The position numbers were made by a program, and so were the translations under genes. Positions 28,651-40,259 of a stretch of 64,000 nt of DNA are shown in pieces. Location of the stretch: contig DHGX01000004.1 in the NCBI GenBank assembly GCA_002402995.1, positions 85,186-149,185 on the forward strand. Reading direction: 5' to 3'. The DNA comes from Patescibacteria group bacterium UBA4787 (GTDB lineage: Bacteria; Patescibacteriota; Patescibacteriia; UBA2591; UBA4787). Positions within the stretch are counted from its first letter, which is position 1; every line of letters begins with the position of its first letter. A model generated the notes under the pieces. The model had not been told where the DNA came from and did no database searches. It saw only the letters and a list, made by a program, of their open reading frames with translations.

Positions 28651-29670
28651 TTATTTCTCTCCTATTATTTCAACCCAAATATTGCCTCGTAAGAATTTAA
28701 TTTCGTTGCCATTTTGGTCGTAAAAAATTGTTCGATTATTGTCGCGAATCCAACTGCCCTCAATTTTATTGCCATTCATATAAATATAGGCCATACTTCG
28801 ACCGTCTATTTTAATTTCTCTGCGCCCAACAGCGTCGATAACGGCAATCGGCATTTTTTGAACAATTAAATTAATCGTCGAGATTTGATTATTTTTGTCA
28901 TCTAAATATGGTTTATTGTTTTGATAACGAAAATAAATTTTTTTGTCATTGTCGTACTTCCAACGCACTTTATATTGACTAATTTCTACTTGTTGGATCG
29001 TGTCATTTTCCTCGTCGGATTTATTGTCGCGAAAACTCCAAGGACGAAAATCAGCGTAATTCAAAATATTTCTTTTTTGAATAAATTTATTAATAAGATC
29101 GCTTGATGTATAAAGGTTGAAGGGCGGTATTCCCGAATTATCACGCCAGAAATAACTTCCGTTAGCGCTAATTTCATCTAAATCATAGATGTCGTATTTT
29201 CCCTGCTTCAACTCATTGATAACCTGTGGACTGCCGCCGGCATGCACGTATATCGCCTGGTATTCTTCGGCTAAACCGGCGAAATACGGCCTGGCGGACC
29301 TGATTGGTCCTATTTTTTCTGGCAGATTATTTAGTTCAAAGATACTCATAAACCTGGTAACACCCGCTTCAGCGGGAAATTCGTAAACAATAGAAGCGGA
29401 ATTAACACCTGCCACAGGCCTTGAATCAATAAGTCCAGAACCGATAGCATTATCGATCATTAAAGCAAGAAAAGGATCTTTATTTTCTTGGCCGATAATT
29501 CTTCCATCCAATAGGCCATAATAAATTTGTTCATTGTTGTTTATTTGTTTATTCTCGCTGTCAGAATTAGTTATTTTTTTTACACAACCGGCAAAAATAA
29601 AAACAGAAAAAAACAGAAAAATAACGATTATTATTCCGTTTATATAAAAATTTCTTCTACTAACTTGCAT
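28651..29670 (-). CDS. DUF3048 family lipoprotein (YerB-like)
   Basis: 339 aa with an N-terminal signal and lipobox (FAGC). The conserved DUF3048 block reads IDN...SGL...ASIVYEF.AEAGVTRFM.IF...PEKIGPIRSARPYF...YVHAGGSPQ. Confidence 0.6.
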   Translation of the reverse strand: MQVSRRNFYINGIIIVIFLFFSVFIFAGCVKKITNSDSENKQINNNEQIYYGLLDGRIIGQENKDPFLALMIDNAIGSGLIDSRPVAGVNSASIVYEFPAEAGVTRFMSIFELNNLPEKIGPIRSARPYFAGLAEEYQAIYVHAGGSPQVINELKQGKYDIYDLDEISANGSYFWRDNSGIPPFNLYTSSDLINKFIQKRNILNYADFRPWSFRDNKSDEENDTIQQVEISQYKVRWKYDNDKKIYFRYQNNKPYLDDKNNQISTINLIVQKMPIAVIDAVGRREIKIDGRSMAYIYMNGNKIEGSWIRDNNRTIFYDQNGNEIKFLRGNIWVEIIGEK

Positions 29671-29710
29671 TAGAATATATAAAGATTGTTAATCCTTTGA
29701 TTGCAAGAAA

Positions 29711-30385
29711 CTATTTTTTCTCTTTGACTTCTTTGATTTGTTCTCCCGTTTCTTCTGTTTTCTTTTCGGTGATAACTTCCACTTTAGATATTTCGTCGCC
29801 TGGCTTTTCCTCTAAGGTCTTGAGTTCTTCTTCTGCGCGCGGCTGTTCTACGGCAACCAATACTTCTTCTACATTATTCATTAATTTCAATCCTGACGAA
29901 ACATTTAGGTCTTTAATGCGAACTACGTTATCAAAAGTTTTTAAATTAGAAATATCAACCTCTAGCTCGTGGATTAAATCATCTGGCAAACACTGAATTT
30001 TTATTTCTTTAAGAGCCAAAACAATAATACCGCCAAGTTCTTTTACTGCCGGTGCTTCGCCAACTAATTTTAAAGGAACATCAACAGAGATCATTTCATC
30101 GGCCCTAACCTCATAAAAATCTATATGCTCAATGCGATTCGTTAAAGGATGGTACTGAAGATCGCGAATTAAGACTTTAATGGACTTTTTTCCTTCGATA
30201 TCAAGGCTAATCAAGCTGGTTTCGCCTATTTCTTTAAAAATTTTATTAAAAGAGTTTGAAGGAACCTGGATGTTTTGATTTTTAGTGCTATGTCCATAAA
30301 TAACACCTGGTATCATCATCTGCTTCCTTAATCGTTTATTTTTTCTGCCTTTAGTTTCTCTGACTTGTGTCGAAAGGGTTAACAT
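29711..30385 (-). CDS. rplY: 50S ribosomal protein L25/general stress protein Ctc
   Basis: 224 aa with an L25 N-terminal domain and a Ctc-type acidic/lysine-rich C-terminal extension. Confidence 0.85.
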   Translation of the reverse strand: MLTLSTQVRETKGRKNKRLRKQMMIPGVIYGHSTKNQNIQVPSNSFNKIFKEIGETSLISLDIEGKKSIKVLIRDLQYHPLTNRIEHIDFYEVRADEMISVDVPLKLVGEAPAVKELGGIIVLALKEIKIQCLPDDLIHELEVDISNLKTFDNVVRIKDLNVSSGLKLMNNVEEVLVAVEQPRAEEELKTLEEKPGDEISKVEVITEKKTEETGEQIKEVKEKK

Positions 30386-30463
30386 AATATTCTTATAATT
30401 AAGATTTTATTAGATTTTAATTATACAAAGATTTAAAAAAAAAGTAAACTCCGTCTAGAAATT

Positions 30464-31570
30464 TTAAACCTCTAAGCGCGGCTGATGAATTGCAATACTT
30501 TCAACTAAACCGATAGCCAACAAACTGCACACCATGGAGCTGCCGCCATAACTTAAAAATGGCAACGGGATACCAATGATTGGCATTAACCCTATATTCA
30601 TGCCAATATTTATTATTAGTTGAATAAAAATATAAGCGCTGACACCAATGGCAATTAAAGAACCAAACTGATCGTAGGCTTTTTTGGCAATTTTGAGTAT
30701 TCTTTTTATAATCACCAAAAAGAATATCAAAACCATGCCAGCACCTAAAAATCCCGTTTCTTCGCCAATCGTGGCAAAAACAAAATCGGTTTCACTAAGC
30801 GGTAAAAAACGAAGCTGGCTTTGTGGACCAAACCCGAGCCCTCGACCGAACAACTTACCCGAACCGACAGTAATTATTGATTGATTAATCTGATAACCCT
30901 TACCTAAAAGATCGCGCCCAGGCTCAAAATAAATCATTAAGCGAGTTTTTTGATAATCTTTTAACCAAACAAACCAGCTGAAGCTAAGAAGAATAACAAT
31001 TATTAGACCCAAAACAATGAAGTGTTTGATATTATTATCAACGATTAAAAGAAAAATTAGCCATAGGCCGATAATCGCCAAAGCTGATCCGAGATCAGGT
31101 TGTTTGAGAATCAAAATAAGAGGCAGAAAAATAATCAGAAAACTCAAAAATATCCTCTTAATAGACACCTCTCTTTTTTTAGAAAATCCCCAAAAATAAG
31201 CTAGAACCAAGATAAGAACAATCTTGGCTAGTTCTACAGGCTGAAAATTGATGATTCCGTAATGGAACCATCCTTTGACTCCTCGTACGGTTTCACCAAA
31301 AAATAAAACCACCAATAATAACAAATTTGTTATTATATAAATAAAATAAATTAATGGTTTTAGATTCCTGAAATCTATCAATGAGACAATAAATAAAAGA
31401 ATGAGTCCGATCACCGCAAATACCGATTGTCTAACAAATAAGTTAGAAACACCGAATGCGGTATTTAAAGATAATGAATATTGAATAACTAGACCGAAAA
31501 TAATTAAAAAGAGTACCAGTAAAAATAAAATCCAATCGAAATTAAATATCTTTTTCCCGGTCAAAATCAT
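30464..31570 (-). CDS. SEDS family peptidoglycan glycosyltransferase (FtsW/RodA)
   Basis: 368 aa polytopic membrane protein with the conserved PLSETDFVFA...GEE.GF.G region. Confidence 0.85.
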   Translation of the reverse strand: MILTGKKIFNFDWILFLLVLFLIIFGLVIQYSLSLNTAFGVSNLFVRQSVFAVIGLILLFIVSLIDFRNLKPLIYFIYIITNLLLLVVLFFGETVRGVKGWFHYGIINFQPVELAKIVLILVLAYFWGFSKKREVSIKRIFLSFLIIFLPLILILKQPDLGSALAIIGLWLIFLLIVDNNIKHFIVLGLIIVILLSFSWFVWLKDYQKTRLMIYFEPGRDLLGKGYQINQSIITVGSGKLFGRGLGFGPQSQLRFLPLSETDFVFATIGEETGFLGAGMVLIFFLVIIKRILKIAKKAYDQFGSLIAIGVSAYIFIQLIINIGMNIGLMPIIGIPLPFLSYGGSSMVCSLLAIGLVESIAIHQPRLEV

Positions 31571-31585
31571 TAAAATTATAATTGG

Positions 31586-32464
31586 TTATCTCTTAAAATA
31601 TATAATATTTGGATCTAAGATGTCCGTGTTCAAAGAAAAAACAATTTCTGTGGTTTCGGGAAAATTAGATCCAAGAAATATTTTAACTATTCTGTTTTCT
31701 TCGCTCATAATGTTTTTAATACTGACCGGATAAACGGCAACAATGTCTCTCCCTCGATAAAATGCAGTTGTATAATCTAGTTGCCAAAAGTTAAAAACAG
31801 ACTGATTGTTTATCGTAAATTCTAATTGCGGAATAATAGTGTCGCTGGGTCCAGATAAATAATTTATTTTTTGATCTTTTATTATTAATTGGGGCAAGAC
31901 ATCCAGCATTTTCTTGTGATTAGATTTGACTCTTTGCCATTGGATATTTTTAATATTAAATTCAGCACTGTTAATTTTAGTTTGATCGCTTATTTTCTGA
32001 CCTAAAGAGAATAAATATTTTTCTTGGTTCGGCAATAGGATGGTTTTTTGAGTTGCCGTATTTGATCCATTAGAAAGCAAAAAATTATATTCTAAAGAAG
32101 AAATTATCCAATTCTCATTATTATTTTTAACGATTACGCCGATATCATATCTAGAAAAACCATACCCATCTTTACTCGCATACAAAACATGGGTCGAAAC
32201 TATTTCCAGCGGTTTTGGTTGATGAATAGCGCGTAAAAGCGAGTAATCGTCTTGTAGGGTCGTCATTTCTTCTATCATCTTGTTATAATCTTTACTATAA
32301 GTCAAAAATGTTATAAAATTATAAATGGCGAAAAAATATACTCCGAAATTAACTACGATTAAAAAAATAATCAACAATTTTTTAAGAAGTTTTTTATTGG
32401 TTAGCCACCATTGTGCCCATTTTAATTGATTGGGCGTTAAATTATATCCATTTGGATTATCCAT
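31586..32464 (-). CDS. hypothetical membrane-anchored protein
   Basis: 292 aa with one N-terminal transmembrane helix. It lies immediately downstream of the ftsW/rodA gene and probably has an envelope or division role. Confidence 0.45.
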   Translation of the reverse strand: MDNPNGYNLTPNQLKWAQWWLTNKKLLKKLLIIFLIVVNFGVYFFAIYNFITFLTYSKDYNKMIEEMTTLQDDYSLLRAIHQPKPLEIVSTHVLYASKDGYGFSRYDIGVIVKNNNENWIISSLEYNFLLSNGSNTATQKTILLPNQEKYLFSLGQKISDQTKINSAEFNIKNIQWQRVKSNHKKMLDVLPQLIIKDQKINYLSGPSDTIIPQLEFTINNQSVFNFWQLDYTTAFYRGRDIVAVYPVSIKNIMSEENRIVKIFLGSNFPETTEIVFSLNTDILDPNIIYFKR

Positions 32465-32553
32465 ACAATTAATTTTATGTTATTTTAGGCCTTTGTCAAT
32501 AATATCATATTAAAGAAAATTAACAAATATTTTAAAAAAGTAATAAAAAAATT

Positions 32554-32814
32554 ATGATTTATGGCGGAGATATTTGCTTTTATGCGCTTATTATATTAGT
32601 CGCTATTATCGCGATTTTTATTTGCGTAGCATTATTTTATTGGATATTAATCTTAAAAAAGATTGCTGATGTAACTAATAAGGTCGACAATGTGATTAAT
32701 AACTTAAAAGAGAAAATCAAGCTCTCTTCTTTACTGGGCATTTTTACTCAAATTACTAAGGAAGCCATTTCCTTTTTCCAGACTTGGAAGGAAAAAAACT
32801 CTAAAAAAAAATAG
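32554..32814 (+). CDS. small membrane protein, hypothetical
   Basis: 86 aa with one hydrophobic helix. Confidence 0.3.
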   Translation: MIYGGDICFYALIILVAIIAIFICVALFYWILILKKIADVTNKVDNVINNLKEKIKLSSLLGIFTQITKEAISFFQTWKEKNSKKK

Positions 32815-32908
32815 ATTAATATATTTTACAATCCACAGAGAAGATAATCTTCAAGTTAAAAATTTAGAATTTTAACCCTTACTTATTTCTTTATAAGAAA
32901 TCATTTTT

Positions 32909-35900
32909 ATGTCGTTTGTACATCTTCATACACATTCGCATTATAGTTTATTAGACGGCTTGGCCAAAATAGATGACTTGATTAACGAGGCTAAAAAATA
33001 CAACATGTCGGCTTTAGCAATCACCGATCACGGCGTAATGTACGGGGCTATAGAATTTTATAAAAAAGCCAAGGCTGCGGGAATCAAGCCGATTATCGGA
33101 TGCGAAGTTTATGTTGCGCCGAATAGCATGACGAGCAAAAAAGCAAGAATTGACGAAAAGCCATTTCACTTAGTTCTTCTAGCTAAAAATTACAATGGTT
33201 ATAAAAATTTAGTTAAACTTGTCAGTTTCGCCCACCTGGAAGGTTTTTACTATAAACCGAGAGTTGACAAAGAGACTCTAAAAAAATACTCGGGTGGTTT
33301 AATTGCTTTAACTGCTTGTTTGCAAGGAGAAATACCCAGGTCTATCGTTAACCAGGATTTCGCTAAAGCCGAAAAACTAACCCTTGAATATAAAGAAATA
33401 TTTAAAGACGATCTTTATCTTGAACTTCAATATCACGAAAGTATTCCGGAACAGAAAATAGCTAACGAAGGACTACTTAAATTAGCCAAAAAACTGAATC
33501 TTCCGATCGTTGCTACCAACGATATTCACTACGTTGATATCAGCGATGCAGAGACACAAGATATTCTCTTGTGTTTACAGACTAAACACAAAAAAGAAGA
33601 CAAACAAAGACTTTGCATGTTGGGTGAAGATTTTTCTTTCCGTTCGCCCGAAACAATGAGCCAGCTTTTTTATGATTATCCAGAAGCCATTAAAAATAGT
33701 GAAAAAATAGCCAATGAATGTAATTTGGAATTAGAATTAGGAAAAATAAAACTTCCTCATTTCCCTGTACCAGATAATTTAACGCCCGAAGATTATCTTG
33801 AGAAACTTTGTCAAGACAGAATCTCTAGCCGTTATCCGATTATTACCGACGAGATTAAAGAACGACTTAATTATGAGTTATCAATAATCAAAAAAACTGA
33901 ATTTGCTTCTTATTTTTTAATTGTTGAAGATTTTGTAAGCTGGGCTAAAACTAATGGCATCGTTGTTGGACCGGGTCGCGGTTCGGCCGCCGGCTCAATT
34001 GTTTCATATATTCTGAATATTACTAATATTGATCCGATAGCTTATAATTTGGTTTTTGAAAGATTTTTAAACCCGGAAAGAATTTCAATGCCTGATATCG
34101 ACTTGGATTTTGCTGATACGCGTCGCGACGAAGTAATTAGATACGTCGAAAAGAAATATGGGCAAGATCATGTTGCGCAAATAATAACATTCGGGACTAT
34201 GGCTGCTCGCGCGGCAGTGCGAGACGTTGGCCGGGTTCTCGATTATCCCTATAGTTTCTGTGATATGATTTCCAAAATGATCCCAGCCAATATGGACTTA
34301 AAAGAAGCCCTCGAAACAGTTAAAGAATTTAAAAATATTTATGAAACAAACCGAGATGCGGCTAAGATTATCAACACTGCTAAAAAATTAGAGGGCGTGG
34401 CTAGACACGCATCAAAACACGCTTGCGGCGTAGTTATCACACCACAACCCCTAACCGAATACCTCCCTCTTCAATTAGATACTTCTTCCGAAAATAAAAC
34501 CATTATCACCCAATATGAAATGCACGCTATTGAGGATTTAGGCTTATTAAAAATGGACTTTTTGGGACTAAAAAATTTAACCGTAATTGAAAATGCCATA
34601 AAAATAATCAATCATACTACCGAAGAAAAAATAAATATCGATAAGATAAATCTAAACGACGAGAAAACGTTTAAATTATTACAAAAAGGAGAAACAACCG
34701 GCGTTTTTCAACTTGAAAGCGACGGAATGAAAAGATATCTTAAAGAGCTTAAACCGACCGAGCTAGAAGATATTATGTCTATGGTGGCTCTTTATCGTCC
34801 CGGTCCCATTGAAAGCATACCAAGTTTTATTGCCGGAAAACACCATAGGAGAGAAACTACATATCTTGATAAAAAATTGAAGCCGATTCTCAAAAAAACA
34901 TATGGTGTTATCGTTACACAAGACCAAGTGTTGCAGATCGCCAGAGATTTCGCCGGTTTCACTTATGCTGAAGCTGATATTTTGCGTAAAGCCGTGGGTA
35001 AAAAAATAGAAAAATTATTAGTTGAACAAGAAAAGAAATTTAAATCGGGGGCGATAAAAAATGGCGCTTCACCCCTTATCGCTGACAAAGTGTGGGATTT
35101 TATTTTGCCTTTTGCGCATTATGGTTTTAATCGTGCCCACGCCGCTTGTTATGCTATGCTCGCCTATCAAACCGCTTATCTAAAATCCCACTATCCATCG
35201 CATTTTATGGCAGCGCTTTTAACTTCTGATTTAAGCGATACCGATCGTATTGCCATCGAAGTTGAAGAATGCCGAAAAATGGACATTGAAGTTCTACCCC
35301 CAGACGTTAACGAAAGCCTTGAAAGTTTTACGGTAGTTTCGGATGAAAACAAAAAAAATTACAAAAAAATTAGATTTGGGCTTTTAGCTATTAAAAATGT
35401 CGGTGCGGGCATCGTTAAGTCAATAATTGATGAAAGAAAAAAATCCAGTAATTTTAAAAATTTTGAAGACTTTGTTAACCGGATTCAAACCAAAGATTTC
35501 AACAAAAAATCATTAGAAAGCCTTATAAAATCCGGCGCTTTGGATAAATTTGAAGAACGTGGCACATTATTAGAAAACGCGGAATTTATTCTTGATTTTA
35601 ATAAAAAAATTGAAAAGGATAAATTGAGCGGACAAACGAACATGTTCGGCTTTAATGATAGTCAAATTAACCACAAAATAAACTTAAGGCGCGCTCCGGA
35701 TGTAGATATTAATCAAAAATTAATATGGGAAAAAGAATTATTGGGATTATTTATTTCTGCGCACCCTATGACCGAATTAAGACCCAAGCTTAAAAAATTT
35801 GTTTTACCAATAAATGAAATAAATAATCACAAACCAGGATCAAGACGTATTTTAATATGCGGTATTATCACCAATTTAAAAAAGATTATTACCGCCAATA

Positions 35901-36178
35901 AAGAATTAATGATTTTTGCGAAAATTGAAGACGAAACGGGATCGGTTGAGTCTATAATTTTTCCTAAGATTCTTAATCTTGCACCCAGAGTTTGGGAAGA
36001 GAATAAAATCATCATTATTTTAGGCAGACTTTCCGATAAAGATAATATTAAAAAAATCATTGTTGAAGATGTGGCCGAGATAAATAAAGAAAATATCGAG
36101 AAAACAGTCAAAGACTTTGATCAATTAAGGGGTAGCTTGTCGAACAGACAAGAAAATGGTAATGTTTATTATATATAG
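32909..36178 (+). CDS. dnaE: DNA polymerase III alpha subunit
   Basis: 1089 aa with a PHP N-terminus ([13 protein letters not shown]), the polymerase core (PDIDLDF) and an OB fold. Confidence 0.95.
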   Translation: MSFVHLHTHSHYSLLDGLAKIDDLINEAKKYNMSALAITDHGVMYGAIEFYKKAKAAGIKPIIGCEVYVAPNSMTSKKARIDEKPFHLVLLAKNYNGYKNLVKLVSFAHLEGFYYKPRVDKETLKKYSGGLIALTACLQGEIPRSIVNQDFAKAEKLTLEYKEIFKDDLYLELQYHESIPEQKIANEGLLKLAKKLNLPIVATNDIHYVDISDAETQDILLCLQTKHKKEDKQRLCMLGEDFSFRSPETMSQLFYDYPEAIKNSEKIANECNLELELGKIKLPHFPVPDNLTPEDYLEKLCQDRISSRYPIITDEIKERLNYELSIIKKTEFASYFLIVEDFVSWAKTNGIVVGPGRGSAAGSIVSYILNITNIDPIAYNLVFERFLNPERISMPDIDLDFADTRRDEVIRYVEKKYGQDHVAQIITFGTMAARAAVRDVGRVLDYPYSFCDMISKMIPANMDLKEALETVKEFKNIYETNRDAAKIINTAKKLEGVARHASKHACGVVITPQPLTEYLPLQLDTSSENKTIITQYEMHAIEDLGLLKMDFLGLKNLTVIENAIKIINHTTEEKINIDKINLNDEKTFKLLQKGETTGVFQLESDGMKRYLKELKPTELEDIMSMVALYRPGPIESIPSFIAGKHHRRETTYLDKKLKPILKKTYGVIVTQDQVLQIARDFAGFTYAEADILRKAVGKKIEKLLVEQEKKFKSGAIKNGASPLIADKVWDFILPFAHYGFNRAHAACYAMLAYQTAYLKSHYPSHFMAALLTSDLSDTDRIAIEVEECRKMDIEVLPPDVNESLESFTVVSDENKKNYKKIRFGLLAIKNVGAGIVKSIIDERKKSSNFKNFEDFVNRIQTKDFNKKSLESLIKSGALDKFEERGTLLENAEFILDFNKKIEKDKLSGQTNMFGFNDSQINHKINLRRAPDVDINQKLIWEKELLGLFISAHPMTELRPKLKKFVLPINEINNHKPGSRRILICGIITNLKKIITANKELMIFAKIEDETGSVESIIFPKILNLAPRVWEENKIIIILGRLSDKDNIKKIIVEDVAEINKENIEKTVKDFDQLRGSLSNRQENGNVYYI

Positions 36179-36184
36179 ACTATG

Positions 36185-36349
36185 TTGGGTAGTGAAAATT
36201 CAATCCCGACGTCGAAGGGTCGGGATTTCGACCAAGGCGTCGGAGTAGTAAGTTTCAAGTTTTCCACTTCGATCTACTATCTGGTTCTATTATTAATAAA
36301 ATAACTATTCTTTGCTTCTATCGCATTCCTTGATATAAATCGCATACCT
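36185..36349 (-). mobile_element. family A MITE, copy A3 (long form, reverse orientation, gene-proximal TIR partly deleted)
   Basis: TATG lies at 36181-84. The copy is ~85% identical to the reverse complement of A1/A2 and ends 3 nt before the ATG at 36353. Confidence 0.7.
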
Positions 36350-36352
36350 AAT

Positions 36353-37438
36353 ATGTTTATTTCTCCTCAAAATAAAATTATAAGATTTTTCATCATTGCC
36401 ACCATTCTTCTGGCTATCTTTTTCATGTTCTCTTTTGCGTCGTTATTCTATAAGACCACCATCAATATTGTTTCTAAACAAAAAGACATTGATGCTAATC
36501 TCGCCGCCACTCTTAATACAACGATAGAAATAAATACGGTTTCCGCTAAAAACACATTCTCTCCTACTGCTCTTGTAAGCATGGAAGATTTTGCCACAGG
36601 AGAAGCAGTTATTACCAATCGTTCAAAACAAAATCAAATTTTGATAGTCAACACCAGACTCCTCTCGTCCAGCGGGCTCCTTTTCCGTCTAACCAACAAA
36701 GCAACTATACCGTCTGGCGAGAAAAGAAGAGTAGCTATCCGTGCGGATAAAACAGGACAAGATTATGAAATCGGACCGACAAAATTTACCATTCCGGGAC
36801 TATCGCCTATTTTACAAACTCAGGTTTTCGCTGAAAGCGACAAATCAACAACTGGCGGGCTTAAAAAAGCAGGTGTTGTTACTAAAAAAGATATTGACAA
36901 CGCCGTTGAATCTTTAAAAAATGAATTAATTCAAAGTTCTATAAAAGAACTGGAAAAGAAATATGCGGATCAAGATAATTTTAAAATCGCGATTAAACCT
37001 GAAGTAATTAAGGAGAATGTCAGCGCCAAAGCAAACGAAGAAAAAACGGAATTTACCGCCGAAGTTATCTTAAAAATTATCGCTGCGCTAGTAAATGAAG
37101 AAAGGTTATTAAAATCTGCACAGGAAAAACTTGAATCTAATATTCCAGTCGGTTATCAATTATATAATGCAAATAGGTCTAGCTTGGCATACCGATTCAA
37201 GGACTATGACCCCAAAAACCAGACTGCTACTTTTGAAATTTACCTGAACGGACGATATATTGTTTCGGAAAAAAATGACCAGTTTTCAAAATCAAACTTT
37301 TTAAACCTTTCTCGTACTCAAATCAAAGACCGTTTGCAGAAAATTGAAGATATTGGTAGTTTTAAAATTTCTATGTTTCCGCCATTATTCGCTAATTCCC
37401 CTAAAAACGAAAATCGTATAAATATCAAAATAAAATGA
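36353..37438 (+). CDS. hypothetical membrane-anchored protein
   Basis: 361 aa with an N-terminal transmembrane helix. Its stop overlaps the next ATG (ATGA). Confidence 0.5.
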   Translation: MFISPQNKIIRFFIIATILLAIFFMFSFASLFYKTTINIVSKQKDIDANLAATLNTTIEINTVSAKNTFSPTALVSMEDFATGEAVITNRSKQNQILIVNTRLLSSSGLLFRLTNKATIPSGEKRRVAIRADKTGQDYEIGPTKFTIPGLSPILQTQVFAESDKSTTGGLKKAGVVTKKDIDNAVESLKNELIQSSIKELEKKYADQDNFKIAIKPEVIKENVSAKANEEKTEFTAEVILKIIAALVNEERLLKSAQEKLESNIPVGYQLYNANRSSLAYRFKDYDPKNQTATFEIYLNGRYIVSEKNDQFSKSNFLNLSRTQIKDRLQKIEDIGSFKISMFPPLFANSPKNENRINIKIK

Positions 37439-37833
37439 TAAGGGGCATTAAGCCCCATATTTGTCCCACTCGTTCGGAAAAGCAAATTCATTTATTTTTC
37501 TCTCACTCGCCCACAAATAAATTTATGGAAGTTTTTGAAGAATCTAAGGAAAGATTACCAGGAGAAATAAAATTTTTTAAATTATCCGATAAAAATAACG
37601 GCTGTTATATTCATATTATTGGAAAAAATATAGATCAAGTTTATCGCCTTGATAATAACGGGAAAATCATTGATTATAACGATATTTTAATACAGAATGC
37701 AGAAAAAAAAGAAAAACAAATGATTGTTTACGAAGACCAAAATTCCATCCACAAAAACAAAGGATGGGAAATTTTATCTGCCGAAGAAGCGTTAGAGATA
37801 ATCCCCTTTTTTAAACTGCCTGAGCAAGAATAA
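37435..37833 (+). CDS. small conserved hypothetical protein, tandem paralog 1
   Basis: It shares KFF.K..DKNGC.I...G...DQ.Y..D..G.II.Y.D...E..GW.EI......L...P.FKLP..E with the next ORF. An alternative start at 37525 (MEVFEES) would give 102 aa. Confidence 0.5.
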   Translation: MIRGIKPHICPTRSEKQIHLFFSHSPTNKFMEVFEESKERLPGEIKFFKLSDKNNGCYIHIIGKNIDQVYRLDNNGKIIDYNDILIQNAEKKEKQMIVYEDQNSIHKNKGWEILSAEEALEIIPFFKLPEQE

Positions 37834-37862
37834 TTAATTAAAAGGTTGTTATAATAACAATT

Positions 37863-38159
37863 ATGGCTATCGAAAATTTTGAAACATGTAAAAAAGAAAA
37901 TAAATTCTTTGCCAAATCGGACGACAAAAATGGTTGTTGGATTCTTACTACGGGCGAGGGATTCGATCAAACATATCATATAGATGCCCAAGGACAAATC
38001 ATTGAATATCGCGACAATAAAGCAGAGATGGCCGAGCGGCAGGTAGAAATTGTTCATGAAACTCCTCTCGCTTTAGAGCAAGAAGAGGGTTGGACAGAAA
38101 TCAACCAAGATCAGGTTCTAGGGCTATTTCCTACATTCAAGTTACCAACTAACGAATAA
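37863..38159 (+). CDS. small conserved hypothetical protein, tandem paralog 2
   Basis: 98 aa, roughly 35-40% identical to paralog 1 over the full length. Confidence 0.5.
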   Translation: MAIENFETCKKENKFFAKSDDKNGCWILTTGEGFDQTYHIDAQGQIIEYRDNKAEMAERQVEIVHETPLALEQEEGWTEINQDQVLGLFPTFKLPTNE

Positions 38160-39422
38160 ATGTCTGGTTACTATTTAATTGTTTACGGTTGTCAAATGAA
38201 TAAAGCAGACGCGGGAAGGATCGCGTCTGTCTTTGAATTCAATAAAATTAAACAGGCTGAAAACTTAAAAGAAGCCAGATACGTCATAATTATTGCTTGT
38301 TCTGTAAGACAATCGGCAGTTAATCGAATTTATGGACAGGTTAAAAACTTATTGCCGCTTAAAAAAATGGGCGCAAAACTAATTTTAACCGGCTGTTTAC
38401 TGAAGAAGGACGCTGTTAAATTAAATAAATTTTTTGATTTAATTATCAAAATTGACGATATAAAAGATTTAGCAAAAAAACTTAAAATTGTCGGCAAGAA
38501 AACTATAACAAAAAACTATCTTGATTTAAAGCCGAAAATAGGAAAATCCACTACTGTTTATGTGCCGATTTCCTCTGGCTGTAATAATTTTTGTTCTTAT
38601 TGCGTAGTGCCCTATACGCGAGGGCAAGAATATTCAAGATCGGCTAAATTTATTATAAAAGAAATAAAAGGCTTAATTAAACATGGCGTCAAAAATATTA
38701 TTTTGATCGGTCAAAATGTTAATAGTTATAAAGACAAAAAAACAGATTTTAATAGTCTTTTAAAAAAAATAAATGGTATAAAGGACGATTTTTTCCTTCA
38801 TTTTATCACTAACCACCCCAAAGACACTTCCTTTGAATTATTAAAAACTATGAAAACATGCAAAAAAATCGGCCATTATTTGCATTTACCGGTTCAGTCA
38901 GGAAGTAATCGAATTTTAAAATTAATGAACCGCCATTACACAATATCCGAATATAAACAAATCATAAAAAGAGCTAGGCTTTTAATGCCGGATATTAATA
39001 TTTCTACCGATATTATTGTTGGCTTCCCCACCGAAACAGAACAAGATTTCAAATTAACGGCTGCATTAATGAAAGAGGCGCGATTCGATATGGTTTATAT
39101 AGCCGAATATTCTCCGCGCGGACAAACAATCGCTTATGCAAAATTTAAAGACAACGTCTCACCAAAAATAAAAGCACAAAGAAGGATAATTTTAACGGAG
39201 ATTTTGAAGAAAACTGCGTTAAAAAATAATTCAAAACTTATAGGCAAAAATTTAGACGTTTTATTAGAAAAACAAAACAAAGATTATTTTTATGGACGAA
39301 CTAAAAATTTTAAGAAGATAAGAATTAAAATTAACGACGAAAGACCCTGTCGGCTTAACAAAATCACAAAAATTAAAATTACCAAAGCCGCGCCCTGGGC
39401 CTTAGAGGGAAAACCGATCTAA
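38160..39422 (+). CDS. miaB: tRNA methylthiotransferase MiaB family (radical SAM)
   Basis: 420 aa with an N-terminal MTTase domain (YGCQMN), the radical SAM CxxxCxxC (SSGCNNFCSYCVVP) and a TRAM domain. Confidence 0.85.
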   Translation: MSGYYLIVYGCQMNKADAGRIASVFEFNKIKQAENLKEARYVIIIACSVRQSAVNRIYGQVKNLLPLKKMGAKLILTGCLLKKDAVKLNKFFDLIIKIDDIKDLAKKLKIVGKKTITKNYLDLKPKIGKSTTVYVPISSGCNNFCSYCVVPYTRGQEYSRSAKFIIKEIKGLIKHGVKNIILIGQNVNSYKDKKTDFNSLLKKINGIKDDFFLHFITNHPKDTSFELLKTMKTCKKIGHYLHLPVQSGSNRILKLMNRHYTISEYKQIIKRARLLMPDINISTDIIVGFPTETEQDFKLTAALMKEARFDMVYIAEYSPRGQTIAYAKFKDNVSPKIKAQRRIILTEILKKTALKNNSKLIGKNLDVLLEKQNKDYFYGRTKNFKKIRIKINDERPCRLNKITKIKITKAAPWALEGKPI

Positions 39423-40235
39423 TTTTTGAATTTTTCGTAAATTTCGGAAAATAAAATAATAAACACTGATAATATAAACCGCCCAAACAGCTATTAGCCA
39501 AACTGCACCGTTATTTTTGCTAATTATTAGAAGTAGTGAGTTATAAAGACCGTGGAAACAGATGGCCAGGAACACTCCTTTAAATATTAACCAGAGGCTT
39601 TGTTTTTTTCCATCTCTCATAAATTTAGCTCGACCCATATAGTATCCAATGATACCGCCTGTCAAGAAATGAGTTGAAGTGGAAATAAATGTTCTCATCG
39701 TTAAAAGTCCTAAATTTTCCCATAAACCGGCATTCGAACCTATGGAATATAATATATTTTCTGTGAAAGCAAAACCCAGTCCAACAACCATACCGTAAAT
39801 CATGCCATCACGGGGACGATTAAACGCGGGGTGATGATAAATTTTATCGCTCAATACTGCATATTTGCCACATTCTTCGAAAAGAGATTGAAAAATAAAA
39901 GTATTTACGAAAATAAGCCACAAGGGAAATGTAGCCGGGTTGCGGCTTCCGAATAAAGCATAATTTAACGGAATAGCAACTAGGGCAACCGGTATGGCAA
40001 CACTGGCGCCCCAAAAAAATAAACGAACTAATTGTTTTTTAGGTTCTTTGTTTTTATCCTCTATCAACCAACAAAAAAATAACCACAAGAAACTAAATAA
40101 ACCAGCGACTATTACAATAATAGCGCTTTGATAAGAATTAGCGGCTTGGATAAAATTTTTCAAGCCAATTATTAGATTATCCATGAAATAAAATATATTT
40201 TGACTAAACCACAAATAAGAATTATTATATAACAA
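39402..40235 (-). CDS. PrsW-family intramembrane metalloprotease-like protein
   Basis: 277 aa polytopic membrane protein with EExxK (EECGK) and FxxxH/HxxxN (FHGLYNS) motifs. Confidence 0.55.
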   Translation of the reverse strand: MLYNNSYLWFSQNIFYFMDNLIIGLKNFIQAANSYQSAIIVIVAGLFSFLWLFFCWLIEDKNKEPKKQLVRLFFWGASVAIPVALVAIPLNYALFGSRNPATFPLWLIFVNTFIFQSLFEECGKYAVLSDKIYHHPAFNRPRDGMIYGMVVGLGFAFTENILYSIGSNAGLWENLGLLTMRTFISTSTHFLTGGIIGYYMGRAKFMRDGKKQSLWLIFKGVFLAICFHGLYNSLLLIISKNNGAVWLIAVWAVYIISVYYFIFRNLRKIQKLDRFSL

Positions 40236-40259
40236 ACCATTAAAAACACAAAACTAACT

